64,000 nucleotides of DNA from an uncultured Verrucomicrobiae bacterium. GTDB lineage: Bacteria; Verrucomicrobiota; Verrucomicrobiia; Chthoniobacterales; JACTMZ01. The stretch spans positions 130,658 to 194,657 of the forward strand of contig CAVZLI010000001.1 of the NCBI GenBank assembly GCA_963776165.1, given 5' to 3'. The position numbers and the translations under genes were made by a program. Shown in pieces: positions 9,386 to 18,285 of the stretch; positions within the stretch are counted from its first letter, which is position 1; every line of letters starts with the position of its first letter. The notes under the pieces were generated by a model. That model searched no databases. It had not been told where the DNA came from and saw only the letters and a program-made list of their open reading frames with translations.

Positions 9386-10399
9386 TCAGCCGCCGGCTGA
9401 TTTCTCGAGGTGTCCGCCGAACTGGTAACGCATGGCCGAGCAGACTTTGTCCGAGAAGGCGGGTTCCTGCGAGCGGAAGCGGGCGTAGAGCGCCGCGCTG
9501 AGCACGTCGGCGGGGACGCCTTCCTCGATGGCGGCCATGATGGTCCAGCGGCCTTCGCCGGAGTCGGACACGCGGCCGGAAAATTTCTTCAATTCCGGAT
9601 CGTCGACCATGGACATGGCGATGAGGTCGAGGAGCCAGCATTGCACCACGCTGCCGCGGCGCCACAGCTCGGCGATCTCGTCGACCGGGAGGTGGTAGTC
9701 GAGGTCGTTTCCCATGCGCGGGGCGGTCTCGGCATCGTGCGAGACCGGACGCGAGTCGACGTCGGCATTTTTGAGAATGTCGAAGCCTTCGGCCAGGGCG
9801 GCCATCATGCCGTATTCCACGCCATTGTGGACCATCTTGACGAAGTGCCCGGCGCCGGCCGCGCCGCAGTGCAGGTAGCCGTCCTCGCTGGTGCCGCCCG
9901 CTTTATCGCGTCCGGGCGTGCGGGGCAGGTCGCCGCGTCCGGGGGCGATGGTTTTGAAGATCGGGTCGAGGTGCTGCACGGGCCCTTTCTCGCCGCCGAT
10001 CATGAGGCAGTAGCCGCGTTCGAGTCCCCACACGCCGCCGCTGGTGCCGCAGTCGATGTAGTGGATGCCCTGAGGCTCCAGTTCGCGGGCGCGGCGGCGG
10101 TCGTCGCGGAAGTAGGAGTTGCCGCCGTCGATGATGATGTCGTCCTTCTCGAAATGGGGGACGAGCGACTGGATGACTTTGTCGGTCACCGCGGCGGGGA
10201 CCATGATCCACGCGGCGCGGGGCTTCTCGAGCTTGGCGGCGAATTCCTCGAGCGAGGAGGCGCCGACCGCGCCTTCCTTGACCAGTTCCGCCACGGCGTC
10301 GGGGTGGGTGTCATAGACAACGCAGGTGTGTCCGTTTTTCATGAGGCGCCGCACGATGTTGGCGCCCATCCGGCCGAGTCCGATCATTCCGAGTTGCAT
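9386..10399 (-). CDS. gnd: 6-phosphogluconate dehydrogenase, decarboxylating (short type)
   Basis: Internal ATG at 10399 gives [19 protein letters not shown] (Rossmann GxGxxG). The conserved [13 protein letters not shown] motif is present. Confidence 0.8.
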   Translation of the reverse strand: MQLGMIGLGRMGANIVRRLMKNGHTCVVYDTHPDAVAELVKEGAVGASSLEEFAAKLEKPRAAWIMVPAAVTDKVIQSLVPHFEKDDIIIDGGNSYFRDDRRRARELEPQGIHYIDCGTSGGVWGLERGYCLMIGGEKGPVQHLDPIFKTIAPGRGDLPRTPGRDKAGGTSEDGYLHCGAAGAGHFVKMVHNGVEYGMMAALAEGFDILKNADVDSRPVSHDAETAPRMGNDLDYHLPVDEIAELWRRGSVVQCWLLDLIAMSMVDDPELKKFSGRVSDSGEGRWTIMAAIEEGVPADVLSAALYARFRSQEPAFSDKVCSAMRYQFGGHLEKSAGG

Positions 10400-10404
10400 A
10401 AGCT

Positions 10405-11349
10405 TTATTTTTTCTGGTCCGCGTAGATCTCCATGATTTGGCGGAGGAGTTTGAGTCCGTCTTTTTTGGACCGCTGGAAGGAATTGCGTCCGATGATCGA
10501 CCCGAAGCCGCCGCCTTCGCGGATGGCGCGGATGGAATCGAGGAGTTTTTCGTCCGACTCGCTGGGTCCGCCGGAGAAGATGAGGATGCGTCGTCCGTCG
10601 AATGCGCATTGCACGCAGTGCCGCACGCGCTCAGCCGTCGTGGCGATGGGCACTTTCTCCGCCTCGTAGACTTTCTTGGCTGCCGCCTGCTCAAGGTGCG
10701 CGGTGGGCAGCTTGATCTTCACGATGTGTGCGCCGATCTGGCAGGCGATGTGCGCGGCGTAGCCGTCGACATCCATGGCTGTCTCGCCTTCCTTGCTCAG
10801 GCTGGTGCCGCGTGGGTAGGACCAGACGATGACGACGAGCCCGGCCTGTTTGGCTTCGTGGGCGAATTCGGCGAGCTGCTCATACATTTCGAGGCGCAGC
10901 GCCGAACCGGGGTAGATGGTGAAACCAACCGCGGAGCAACCGAGGCGCAGGGCGTCGTCAATCGTTCCGGTGCGGGCCGAGATGGGATCCTTTTCGTCGG
11001 AGGTGAGGTCTTTGCTGTTCAGCTTGAGAATGAGCGGCACATCCCCGGCGAATTCTCGGGCGCCGGCTTCGAGGAAGCCGAGCGGGGCGGCGTAGGCATT
11101 GCAGCCGGCTTCGATGGCCAGCTCGAAATGGTAGAGCGGGCTGTAGGCCGCCGGGTTCATGGCAAAGCTGCGGGCCGGGCCGTGCTCGAAGCCCTGGTCC
11201 ACGGGCAGGATGACCATTTTGCCGGTGCCCCCGAGGGTGCCGTGGTTGAGGAGGCGGGCCAGATTGGTCAGGGTGCCGGGATTGTCGGCTCCATACCACG
11301 AGAGGATTTCTTTGACGCGAGGGGTCATAATGCCGCTATTCCACGCCAT
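10405..11349 (-). CDS. class I fructose-bisphosphate aldolase (DhnA/FbaB type)
   Basis: 314-aa ORF with DhnA-family similarity ([18 protein letters not shown] lysine region). Confidence 0.7.
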   Translation of the reverse strand: MAWNSGIMTPRVKEILSWYGADNPGTLTNLARLLNHGTLGGTGKMVILPVDQGFEHGPARSFAMNPAAYSPLYHFELAIEAGCNAYAAPLGFLEAGAREFAGDVPLILKLNSKDLTSDEKDPISARTGTIDDALRLGCSAVGFTIYPGSALRLEMYEQLAEFAHEAKQAGLVVIVWSYPRGTSLSKEGETAMDVDGYAAHIACQIGAHIVKIKLPTAHLEQAAAKKVYEAEKVPIATTAERVRHCVQCAFDGRRILIFSGGPSESDEKLLDSIRAIREGGGFGSIIGRNSFQRSKKDGLKLLRQIMEIYADQKK

Positions 11350-11379
11350 GCCGGCGGAGGGGGAAAGCAGAAACGCTGT

Positions 11380-11607
11380 TCAGAGCGTGTCATCGCTTTC
11401 CATGCGCGCCTCGTCGATCTGCGCGCCCGCGGCGGCGATATTGGAAACGGCCTGCTCGATTTCCTCGAGCGCGGCGGTTACCGGCGAAAGGTTCGAGCGG
11501 GGCAAATCGGCAAGGGCCAACCGGGCGCCTTCGAGGGCGTGACGGGCTTGCTGAAGGGATTTGTCGGCCGCGCGGAAGCGCTTGGCCCGCGGGTCGAGTG
11601 AGTTCAC
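11380..11607 (-). CDS. small helical hypothetical protein (75 aa), possibly coupled to the upstream Cys-rich peptide
   Basis: Part of ORF 11380..11631. The in-frame GTG at 11607 overlaps the TGA of the 44-aa peptide gene (GTGA). No recognisable family, so it could be a shadow ORF. Confidence 0.3.
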   Translation of the reverse strand: MNSLDPRAKRFRAADKSLQQARHALEGARLALADLPRSNLSPVTAALEEIEQAVSNIAAAGAQIDEARMESDDTL

Positions 11608-11738
11608 GGCGCGGTCTTTTCGCGCGGGCATTCACAGGTCGGCGAGCATTTCGCCCGGCAACCACACTCTTTGCACTGCGCCCACGCCGGAGTGGCGGCG
11701 AGGACGAGAAGGGCCAGCAGGAAGAATGGCAATTTCAT
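11604..11738 (-). CDS. small secreted cysteine-rich peptide (44 aa), metallothionein-like Cys pattern
   Basis: My own translation, below the ORF-track size cutoff: MKLPFFLLALLVLAATPAWAQCKECGCRAKCSPTCECPREKTAP. It has a Sec-type signal ending AWA. The 24-aa mature part carries 6 Cys in the pattern CxxCxC-x3-C-x3-CxC. Confidence 0.55.
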   Translation of the reverse strand: MKLPFFLLALLVLAATPAWAQCKECGCRAKCSPTCECPREKTAP

Positions 11739-11804
11739 GGAAAAATATTAATGCGGGGCCTTCCGGGTGGCAAACCAGCGTTCCGGGGAATTGCAGCGGG
11801 AACG

Positions 11805-12254
11805 TCAAAGTCGGCGTAGCGCATCCCCGACCGCGCCGGGAAGGGGGCGCGGGCCGTCGCCGCCGAGCTTCTCGTCGATTTCCTCAAGCCTGCGGATCAG
11901 GTCGATCACATCGCGGCGGGCATAAGGTCCGCCGGCCGCTGCGCAGAAGTGGGTGCGGCAGCCGAAGGGGCGGTCTTCGTAAATGAAGCAGCGCGAGGTG
12001 TGCGGATCTAGCAAGGGACAAGCGCCGTCGCTGCGCGAAGGGAGGGATTTTCTCCCTGTTGCTTTGAGGGCGCGGGCGGCGAGGAGGGCTTCGCCGCGGG
12101 TCAGGTAGGGGGTTTTGCCGGTGAGTTTGAAGTGACAGCACCGGGTGCGGAGTTCGCACTGGCGCTCGATGGGGCGGTCGGCGAGGTCGCGGTAGATTCG
12201 GCGGACTTCGTCGAGCGCGGCGGCCGGCGATGGTCGCCCTCCATGAGGACGCAT
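11805..12254 (-). CDS. YkgJ-family cysteine-cluster protein (putative Zn/Fe-chelating domain)
   Basis: ORF 11805..12299. The ATG at 12254 follows the slyD stop directly. Motifs CELRTRCC and GACPLLDPHTSRCFIYEDRPFGCRTHFC are typical of the family. Confidence 0.65.
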   Translation of the reverse strand: MRPHGGRPSPAAALDEVRRIYRDLADRPIERQCELRTRCCHFKLTGKTPYLTRGEALLAARALKATGRKSLPSRSDGACPLLDPHTSRCFIYEDRPFGCRTHFCAAAGGPYARRDVIDLIRRLEEIDEKLGGDGPRPLPGAVGDALRRL

Positions 12255-12256
12255 GC

Positions 12257-12787
12257 TCAGTGGCAGCCGCAGCCACCACCGCCGCTTCCGCCGCAGCAAC
12301 CGTCGTCGGAGTGGGAGTCGGCATGGTGGACGTGGCCGTGGGCGATTTCCTCCGGCGTGGCCGGACGGACGTCGCGGACGGTGACGTTGAAAGTGAGGGT
12401 TTCGCCGGCCAGGGGATGGTTGGCGTCTACGGTTACGGTGTCGCCCTCCACGGCAACCACCACGACATTGTCGGTGCCGTGCTGGCTGGTGGCGCGGAAG
12501 CGCATGCCGGGTTTGATTTCCGCGCCCGCCGGGAAGATGGAGCGGTCGACCTGTCCCATGCGTCGCTCGTCGCGGATTCCGTAGGCTTCGACCGGAGGAA
12601 CGACCACATCAAGCGTCTCGCCGGCGGTTTTGCCTTCGAGTGCTTTTTCCAGTCCGGGAATGATGCTGGCGTAGCCGTGCACGTAGGCCATGGGTGCGCC
12701 GCCTTGAGCGGAGCTGTCGAGGACTTCGGCGCGGCTGTTGCGGACTTCGTAGTCGAAGAGGACGGCGTGGTCTTTGGATATTTTCAT
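12257..12787 (-). CDS. slyD: FKBP-type peptidyl-prolyl isomerase SlyD with a His/Cys-rich metal-binding tail
   Basis: 176-aa ORF with an FKBP plus insert-in-flap layout. The C-terminus reads HGHVHHADSHSDDGCCGGSGGGGCGCH. Confidence 0.85.
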   Translation of the reverse strand: MKISKDHAVLFDYEVRNSRAEVLDSSAQGGAPMAYVHGYASIIPGLEKALEGKTAGETLDVVVPPVEAYGIRDERRMGQVDRSIFPAGAEIKPGMRFRATSQHGTDNVVVVAVEGDTVTVDANHPLAGETLTFNVTVRDVRPATPEEIAHGHVHHADSHSDDGCCGGSGGGGCGCH

Positions 12788-12796
12788 CTCTGCTTA

Positions 12797-13048
12797 TTAT
12801 GGAGTCCGATGCGGCGAACGCACGGAAGTTTTCCGCAGCACGTCGAAAGCATGGTCGGCCCCTTCGCGTTTGGCTTCGAGGACGATTTGCAAGAGGCGGC
12901 CGAGGTCACCGGCGGGCCAGCCTTTCTGCTCGAACCAGCAGAGGTATTCCGCCGGGATGTCGTAGAGTTTGCGTCCGGAAAATTTTCCGAAAGGCATCGT
13001 CCAAGTGCGCAATTTTTCCCAATCGGCAGCGGCTCGGGCGGCGTCCAT
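12797..13048 (-). CDS. DUF3820-like small protein
   Basis: Internal ATG at 13048 of ORF 12797..13147. The segment MPFGKFSGRKLYDIPAEYLCWF resembles the DUF3820 family. Confidence 0.5.
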   Translation of the reverse strand: MDAARAAADWEKLRTWTMPFGKFSGRKLYDIPAEYLCWFEQKGWPAGDLGRLLQIVLEAKREGADHAFDVLRKTSVRSPHRTP

Positions 13049-13118
13049 CGTTTGAGGGTAGCACGGTGGGGGGCTTTGGCGGTTGGCTTTTCGCTTGCGA
13101 TCGCGCTTAATTGCCGAC

Positions 13119-13991
13119 ATGCCCGAATTCGCCGAAGACCCTTCCAATAGTCCGCACGACGACCTGCATTACCGCGAATACAAGATCCTCCTCCGTCCGG
13201 AGCGCTTCGGCTCGCCGCGGGCCTTCAAGGATTTCTGGCAGGTGGTCAAACGGGTGGCCAAGCAGTTCGACGTGAAGTTGGAGGAGGCGGATGATGCGTT
13301 CGAGAACCAGGTGCGTGAGGTCCTGTTTTTCGACACGCCGGATTTCGATCTCTACAACAACCACTTCATCGTGCGGTTGCGCACGCTCTACCAAAGTGGT
13401 TGGCCGTCTGGAACGCCGGAGCTGACCGTCAAATTCCGCCATCCGGAATTCGAGCGCGCGGCGAGCGTCGACGTGCGGCCGGCTCTCGCCGGCGAGACCC
13501 GGATCAAATTCAAAGAGGAGCTGCTGCCGCGCCAGGACCGGTTGGGGGACATCCGTTCGATTTACTCGCACAATTCGGTGCTGGCCCTGCCGCGCGAGGC
13601 CATGAACTTCGCGTTGAAGAATGTGACGCACGCCTTCCCTGCATTCCGCGAGATCGAGGGGAAAGGTGACGCGCCGATCGAGTTGGTCAATGACATGGCG
13701 GTCGAGGAGTTGCAGGTCAACGTGGGGTTGGCTCATTTCGGGCACCATTACAACGGCAAGACGACGATTGCCGTCTGGCGCAGCAGGAAACTGGAGCAAC
13801 CGGTCTGCGGGGAATTCGCTTTCCAATGCAGATTCCGCAAGTCCGACGACATCCCTTCCGGCACCCTGGAAAAAGCGGCGGCTTTCCATAAAGAACTGCA
13901 AAAGACCGCGGAGGAGTGGATTATGCTCGGCACGACGAAAACGGCCTTGGTCTACGGTCTGGGCAACAAACCGGTGGTAAACCATGAGTGA
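13119..13991 (+). CDS. hypothetical protein, possibly a CYTH-like (triphosphate tunnel) fold
   Basis: ORF 13083..13991, with ATG at 13119. Alternating charged beta-strand motifs are present (REYKILL, IVRLR, LTVKFR, RIKFKEE, FAFQCRFR). The assignment is tentative. Confidence 0.4.
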   Translation: MPEFAEDPSNSPHDDLHYREYKILLRPERFGSPRAFKDFWQVVKRVAKQFDVKLEEADDAFENQVREVLFFDTPDFDLYNNHFIVRLRTLYQSGWPSGTPELTVKFRHPEFERAASVDVRPALAGETRIKFKEELLPRQDRLGDIRSIYSHNSVLALPREAMNFALKNVTHAFPAFREIEGKGDAPIELVNDMAVEELQVNVGLAHFGHHYNGKTTIAVWRSRKLEQPVCGEFAFQCRFRKSDDIPSGTLEKAAAFHKELQKTAEEWIMLGTTKTALVYGLGNKPVVNHE

Positions 13992-14553
13992 CGGCACCGA
14001 GGCGCCCGCCAAGGTTTCGCTGGGCAAGATCTTCGCGGCCTTCGCGCTCATCGGGGTGACGAGCTTCGGCGGCGGCATTGTTGCTTATCTGCGTCATGCG
14101 CTGGTGGAAAAGGAAAAGTGGCTCGATGCGGACGAGTTCATGGGCGCCTTGGAGATCGCGCAGACTTTGCCGGGACTGAACTCGACCAACATGAGCGTCA
14201 TTGTCGGTCGCAAACTGCGGGGGGCGATTGGTTCGGTCGTCGCGGTGGTCGGCATGATCCTGCCGGGCGCGGTCATCCTCACCGGTCTAGGGTTCGCTTA
14301 TGTCGCATTGCGGCATGATCCGAAAGTGGCTGTCATTCTCACCGGCGTGGCCGCGGCAGCTGTCGGGCTGCTTCTGCAGGTGACGCTGAAGATCGGCTGG
14401 AAGCAATTGATCCGTCCGAAGGACCTCCTTTTTGTCGTCATTGTTTTCGTCCTCGTCGGCATTTTCCACATGTCCCTGCTCGTCACGCTGGTGACGCTCG
14501 CGCCCTTGGCCATCTGGATGAACCGTCCGGCTAAAGAGAAGGAGGCCGCGTGA
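13984..14553 (+). CDS. chromate transporter family protein (half-size, first)
   Basis: 189-aa ORF with the CHR-family motif FALIGVTSFGGGIVAYL. It overlaps the upstream gene by 8 nt. Confidence 0.8.
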   Translation: MSDGTEAPAKVSLGKIFAAFALIGVTSFGGGIVAYLRHALVEKEKWLDADEFMGALEIAQTLPGLNSTNMSVIVGRKLRGAIGSVVAVVGMILPGAVILTGLGFAYVALRHDPKVAVILTGVAAAAVGLLLQVTLKIGWKQLIRPKDLLFVVIVFVLVGIFHMSLLVTLVTLAPLAIWMNRPAKEKEAA

Positions 14554-15095
14554 GCAAGATCGTCGAACTGATCAACGTCTTCGCGCTCCTTTCGCTCCTG
14601 GCGGTGGGGGGCGGCACGGCGGTGCTGCCGCAGATGAAGCACGACACGGTCGACACGCACCACTGGGTGACCGACACACAGTTCACCGAAATCTACAGCC
14701 TCGGCCAGTTGGCGCCGGGTCCGAACATGACGTGCGTCATGCTCATCGGCTACGAGGTTTCAGGGTTTGCCGGACTGGTTGCCGTGCTCGTGGCCTTCTT
14801 CTTTCCGGCCTGCCTGCTGTGTTATTTCGTCAGCAAAATCTGGGATGCGGCCGCGGGTTCGCCGTGGCGCGATGCGGTGCAGCGGGGGATGGCGCCCATT
14901 GTCATCGGGCTCATGCTGGCCGGCTGCTATGCGCTGGGCAAAACGGCCAGCTACAATCCGTCGCGGGATTGGGAATTCAACCTGCTCACCTTGGCCATCG
15001 GTGCCGCGGTCGTCCTTCTCCTGACTGTCACGCGGATCAACCCCGCCTTGACCATTCTCGGCGGCGGTGTGGCGGGGTATTTTTTGCTGGGCTGA
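14550..15095 (+). CDS. chromate transporter family protein (half-size, second)
   Basis: 181-aa ORF with the motifs LLAVGGGTAVLPQM and LAPGPN. ATGA-type overlap with the first half. Confidence 0.8.
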   Translation: MSKIVELINVFALLSLLAVGGGTAVLPQMKHDTVDTHHWVTDTQFTEIYSLGQLAPGPNMTCVMLIGYEVSGFAGLVAVLVAFFFPACLLCYFVSKIWDAAAGSPWRDAVQRGMAPIVIGLMLAGCYALGKTASYNPSRDWEFNLLTLAIGAAVVLLLTVTRINPALTILGGGVAGYFLLG

Positions 15096-15192
15096 GCGGA
15101 ATTCGTCCGGAAGATAACGTCTGCCGCGACAAAAGCAGGACCGGGATTATACCAACGTCCCGCTGCATTTAGACTTAACAGCAGCGATTCGT

Positions 15193-15270
15193 GGTAGGGT
15201 CCGCTGGCCCAGCGGACCGACTGCTTTATTCTTCGAAGGTACACGGACGGCTGGGCCAGCCGTCCCTACC
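15193..15270. repeat. pair of REP-like palindromic units in inverted orientation between convergent genes
   Basis: Unit 15193-15218 is GGTAGGG-TCCGCTGG-C-CCAGCGGA-CC, with the 10-bp arms GGTCCGCTGG/CCAGCGGACC. Unit 15245-15270 is GGACGGCTGG-G-CCAGCCGTCC-CTACC. Related units occur at 48791-48828 and 60470-60495. Confidence 0.75.
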
Positions 15271-15309
15271 GAAAATAGCCAGAAATCTGAAAGCTTCGGG
15301 TCGTCGCGA

Positions 15310-16596
15310 TCACTCGTAGCGCAGGGCTTTGACCGGGTCCATGCGGGCGGCGAACCATGCGGGGATGACGGCGGCCACGGTGCAGATGAGAAAAGCACTG
15401 GCGCAGATGATGGCGATGTCGGAGGGGACGATTTCGGCCGGGATTTCGGAGAATTGGTAGATCGAGGCGGGGAAAATTTCGATACCCATGACGCCGGAGA
15501 GCCATTGGCTGACTTGGTTGCGGTATTGCACGAGCCAGATGCCGGTGCCGAGGCCGATAAGGGTGCCGAAGATGCCGACGACGATGCCCTGGCCGACAAA
15601 GACGCCGATGATCTGCCCGGTGCGGGCCCCGAGGGCCTTGAGGATGCCGATCTCGCGCGTCTTTTGCACGGTCACGGTGATGAGGGTGTTCATGATCCCG
15701 AAGGCGGCGACGATGACGATGAAAAGGAGGATGAAAAACATGACATTGCGCTCCATGTGGATGGCCTCGAAAAGTTCACGGTTCATGTCCATCCACGTGG
15801 ACATGGGCAGGGTCGAACCGAGGGCCATGCGGATGTTCTCGCGCACGGCGGCAGCTTGGTAGGGGTGCACCGTCTTGATGGTCAGGCCGTGCACGCCGTC
15901 GGCCAGCCCGTAGAGTTCCTGACCGATGTGCAAGGGAACGAGGAGGAATTCCGAGTCGTAGAGGTAGCGGCCGGAAGAAAAGATACCGGTCACGGTGAGT
16001 TCGAGCGGGAGGATCATCTCCCGCAGTTCGCCGGCGCTCTTGGATTTTTCCGGGCCCTGCTCGAGTTCGTTGATGCTGTCGACGATTTCCTCGAGGTTGC
16101 CGGGCGAGTAGACGGTGATGGTGTCTCCGACGCCGACGCCGAGGATGCCGGCCAGGGCGGAGCCGATAACGACCTCGTTGCCGTCGAGCTTGAGTTCCCC
16201 GGCGACCATGAAATCGCGGAGGGTGGTGACCGAGGTCTCGGCCTCGGGATCGATAGCGCGGATTTTCGGGGCGAGCCGCCGTCCCATGAATTCGGCCAGC
16301 ACGGGCCCCTGAACGAAAGGGGCCACTCCGGTGACGCCCTCGACGCCGCGGATTTTTTCCGACTGGCCCTGCCAGTCGTAGAGGACGGTCTCCCCGCCGG
16401 CCACCAGATGGGCGTCGAAGCCGAGGACCTTGCGACGCAACTCCTGCTCGAACCCGGTCATGACCGAGATGACGAGAATGAGCACCATGATGCCGAGGGT
16501 GACGCCGAGGATGGAAATGACCGTGATGAGACTGAGAAAAGTGCGCTTGGGCTTCAGGTAGCGCAGGGCGAGGAAAAGGCTGAAAGGTTTGGTCAT
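15310..16596 (-). CDS. LolC/LolE-like lipoprotein-releasing ABC permease (FtsX family)
   Basis: ORF 15310..16614. The N-terminus PFSLFLALRYLKPKR and four-TM FtsX/MacB-type layout fit. The start is either 16596 or 16614. Confidence 0.75.
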   Translation of the reverse strand: MTKPFSLFLALRYLKPKRTFLSLITVISILGVTLGIMVLILVISVMTGFEQELRRKVLGFDAHLVAGGETVLYDWQGQSEKIRGVEGVTGVAPFVQGPVLAEFMGRRLAPKIRAIDPEAETSVTTLRDFMVAGELKLDGNEVVIGSALAGILGVGVGDTITVYSPGNLEEIVDSINELEQGPEKSKSAGELREMILPLELTVTGIFSSGRYLYDSEFLLVPLHIGQELYGLADGVHGLTIKTVHPYQAAAVRENIRMALGSTLPMSTWMDMNRELFEAIHMERNVMFFILLFIVIVAAFGIMNTLITVTVQKTREIGILKALGARTGQIIGVFVGQGIVVGIFGTLIGLGTGIWLVQYRNQVSQWLSGVMGIEIFPASIYQFSEIPAEIVPSDIAIICASAFLICTVAAVIPAWFAARMDPVKALRYE

Positions 16597-16648
16597 CGGT
16601 GCGGGAGGTTTCACCGGCCGGAGCCGGCGGGCAAGGACAAGTGGAAGC

Positions 16649-17422
16649 TCAGCGCGTCCGCTCCTCCGGCGCGAGGCGGTCGGCGGTCGGGATGTCGAGT
16701 TCGGCTTCCAGTTCGTTGATCAGCGTGATGACGCGGGGCAAGTGCTCTTCCGGACCGAGGAGGTAAATGCCGCGGAGCCTCTCGTAGGCCTCGCGTTCAC
16801 GCCCCGGGCATTCGGCCAGTTCGTAGGCTGCGAGGCGTTTCACGTAGGGCGGGGCGCCGGGTTTGTCCGCCGCCTCGGTGAAAGCCGCCGCGGCGCCGCA
16901 GTGATCCTGGAATTTGTCGCGCAGCATGATGCCGAGTCGCTCGTGCAGCAGGTAGCCCTCGGGATTATTGGCGATGCCGCGCTCGAGGAAGTCGCGTCCG
17001 ACTTCGTGGTATTCCCGCTCGGCCCGGCGCCGGAGGAATTCGCTCGGCTCTTTCGGGTTCTCGCGTGCGGCGATCGAGGCGTTCCAAGCCATGTGCCAGC
17101 TGGCGAGGTCCCAGTAGATGAGCGAGCGCGGTTGGAGGGCGGTCACGCTTTGGAAGAGTCCGGCCATGCGGCCCCATGCCGTTTGCTCCCACGCGGTGTG
17201 CGCTTCGATCCAAAGGAAGGCGGCGACCAGCGAACGGAATCCACTGAGGGCCGCGGCATAGGCGAGTTGTCCGATTTCTTCGCGGAGCCCGATATCCAGA
17301 GCGGCCGTGCGGAGGTTGGCTGCGCGGTGGGCTTGGTCGAGCGACTTTTCCACCGGCAAGCGGGCCAGCCCGAAAAGCAGGAGGGCCCCGATGACGGCCG
17401 CCCAGAGCGCGTAGCGCGGCAT
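16649..17422 (-). CDS. membrane-anchored hypothetical protein (helical, TPR-like)
   Basis: Internal ATG at 17422 of ORF 16649..18394 gives MPRYALWAAVIGALLLFGLARL. It begins 3 nt after the upstream permease stop. Confidence 0.5.
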   Translation of the reverse strand: MPRYALWAAVIGALLLFGLARLPVEKSLDQAHRAANLRTAALDIGLREEIGQLAYAAALSGFRSLVAAFLWIEAHTAWEQTAWGRMAGLFQSVTALQPRSLIYWDLASWHMAWNASIAARENPKEPSEFLRRRAEREYHEVGRDFLERGIANNPEGYLLHERLGIMLRDKFQDHCGAAAAFTEAADKPGAPPYVKRLAAYELAECPGREREAYERLRGIYLLGPEEHLPRVITLINELEAELDIPTADRLAPEERTR

Positions 17423-17424
17423 GG

Positions 17425-18285
17425 TCAGAGTTCCTTGTTGTGGAAGACGGCTGCGGCCAAGGCGGTATAGACGGCGATGTAGCCGGCGCCGAGGGCGAGG
17501 GTCTTCCAGAAGATCGGCGCGGGAATTTGTGCGCCGGTGACAATGTCGTCCACCAAATTGAAGGCCTGCAGGTCGGGGAAAATGAGCGCGACAACTGCGA
17601 GCACGGACTTGGTGAAGAACCCGGAGTCGCTCGCGGCCAACCAATACTCGCGGGCCGTGGCTTGCAGGTGGCCGATAAAATAGGCGGCGAAGGCCGTGAT
17701 GGTGGTGAAGATCGTCGAGGTGGCGAAGGTGGAAATGAACATGGTCAGCGCGGCGAGCAGCCAGGCTTTGACCATGATGACGATTCCGCCGGCGAGGAGG
17801 TTCGGGTCGTGACCGGCGGCGCGGATCTTGTCGAGGGCCGCCTGTGACTCGGCCGGGGGCAGCGCGGCCATTTCCACCGCGGCGGTGTGCAGCAGGGCTT
17901 GCGTGCGCAGGAGCAGGACCACGGCGAAGACGGCCCCCATGAGCAGCACAGCCAGAGCGAGGAGCAGGAAGACGCCGGAGAGTTTGCCGAGGAGGTATTC
18001 GGTGCGGGAGACCGGTTTGGCCAAGATGGTGTAAATGGTGCGGTCCTCGCGATCCTTCGGCAGCAAGGTCGCCGTGGCAAGGATGGCCAACAGCGAGCTG
18101 AAGATGCTCATGGCGCCGAGGGCGATGTCCTTGAGCATCTGGAATTCCTCCTCGAAGCTGAAGCGCGCGAGGAAGAAGGAATTGCCGATGACCAAGAGCG
18201 CGAAAATGATGAGGAAATAGAAAACCTTGAGTCGGACGAGTTCCGTCCAAGTCACGGCGGCGATGGCGGCGGTGCGGCGGATCAT
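17425..18285 (-). CDS. ABC-2-type transporter permease-like membrane protein
   Basis: ORF 17425..18369, with ATG at 18285 (MIRRTAAIAAVTWTELVRLKVFYFLIIF). It has multiple TM segments and an ATGA overlap with the proB stop. No ATPase partner lies nearby. Confidence 0.5.
   Translation of the reverse strand: MIRRTAAIAAVTWTELVRLKVFYFLIIFALLVIGNSFFLARFSFEEEFQMLKDIALGAMSIFSSLLAILATATLLPKDREDRTIYTILAKPVSRTEYLLGKLSGVFLLLALAVLLMGAVFAVVLLLRTQALLHTAAVEMAALPPAESQAALDKIRAAGHDPNLLAGGIVIMVKAWLLAALTMFISTFATSTIFTTITAFAAYFIGHLQATAREYWLAASDSGFFTKSVLAVVALIFPDLQAFNLVDDIVTGAQIPAPIFWKTLALGAGYIAVYTALAAAVFHNKEL

Noticed and set aside
11380-11631. Full-length 83-aa version of the ORF, which overlaps the Cys-rich peptide gene by 28 nt
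   Set aside because: The in-frame GTG at 11607 gives a clean GTGA junction with the peptide stop. The longer version would need a same-strand, out-of-frame 28-nt overlap. The ORF itself remains low confidence.
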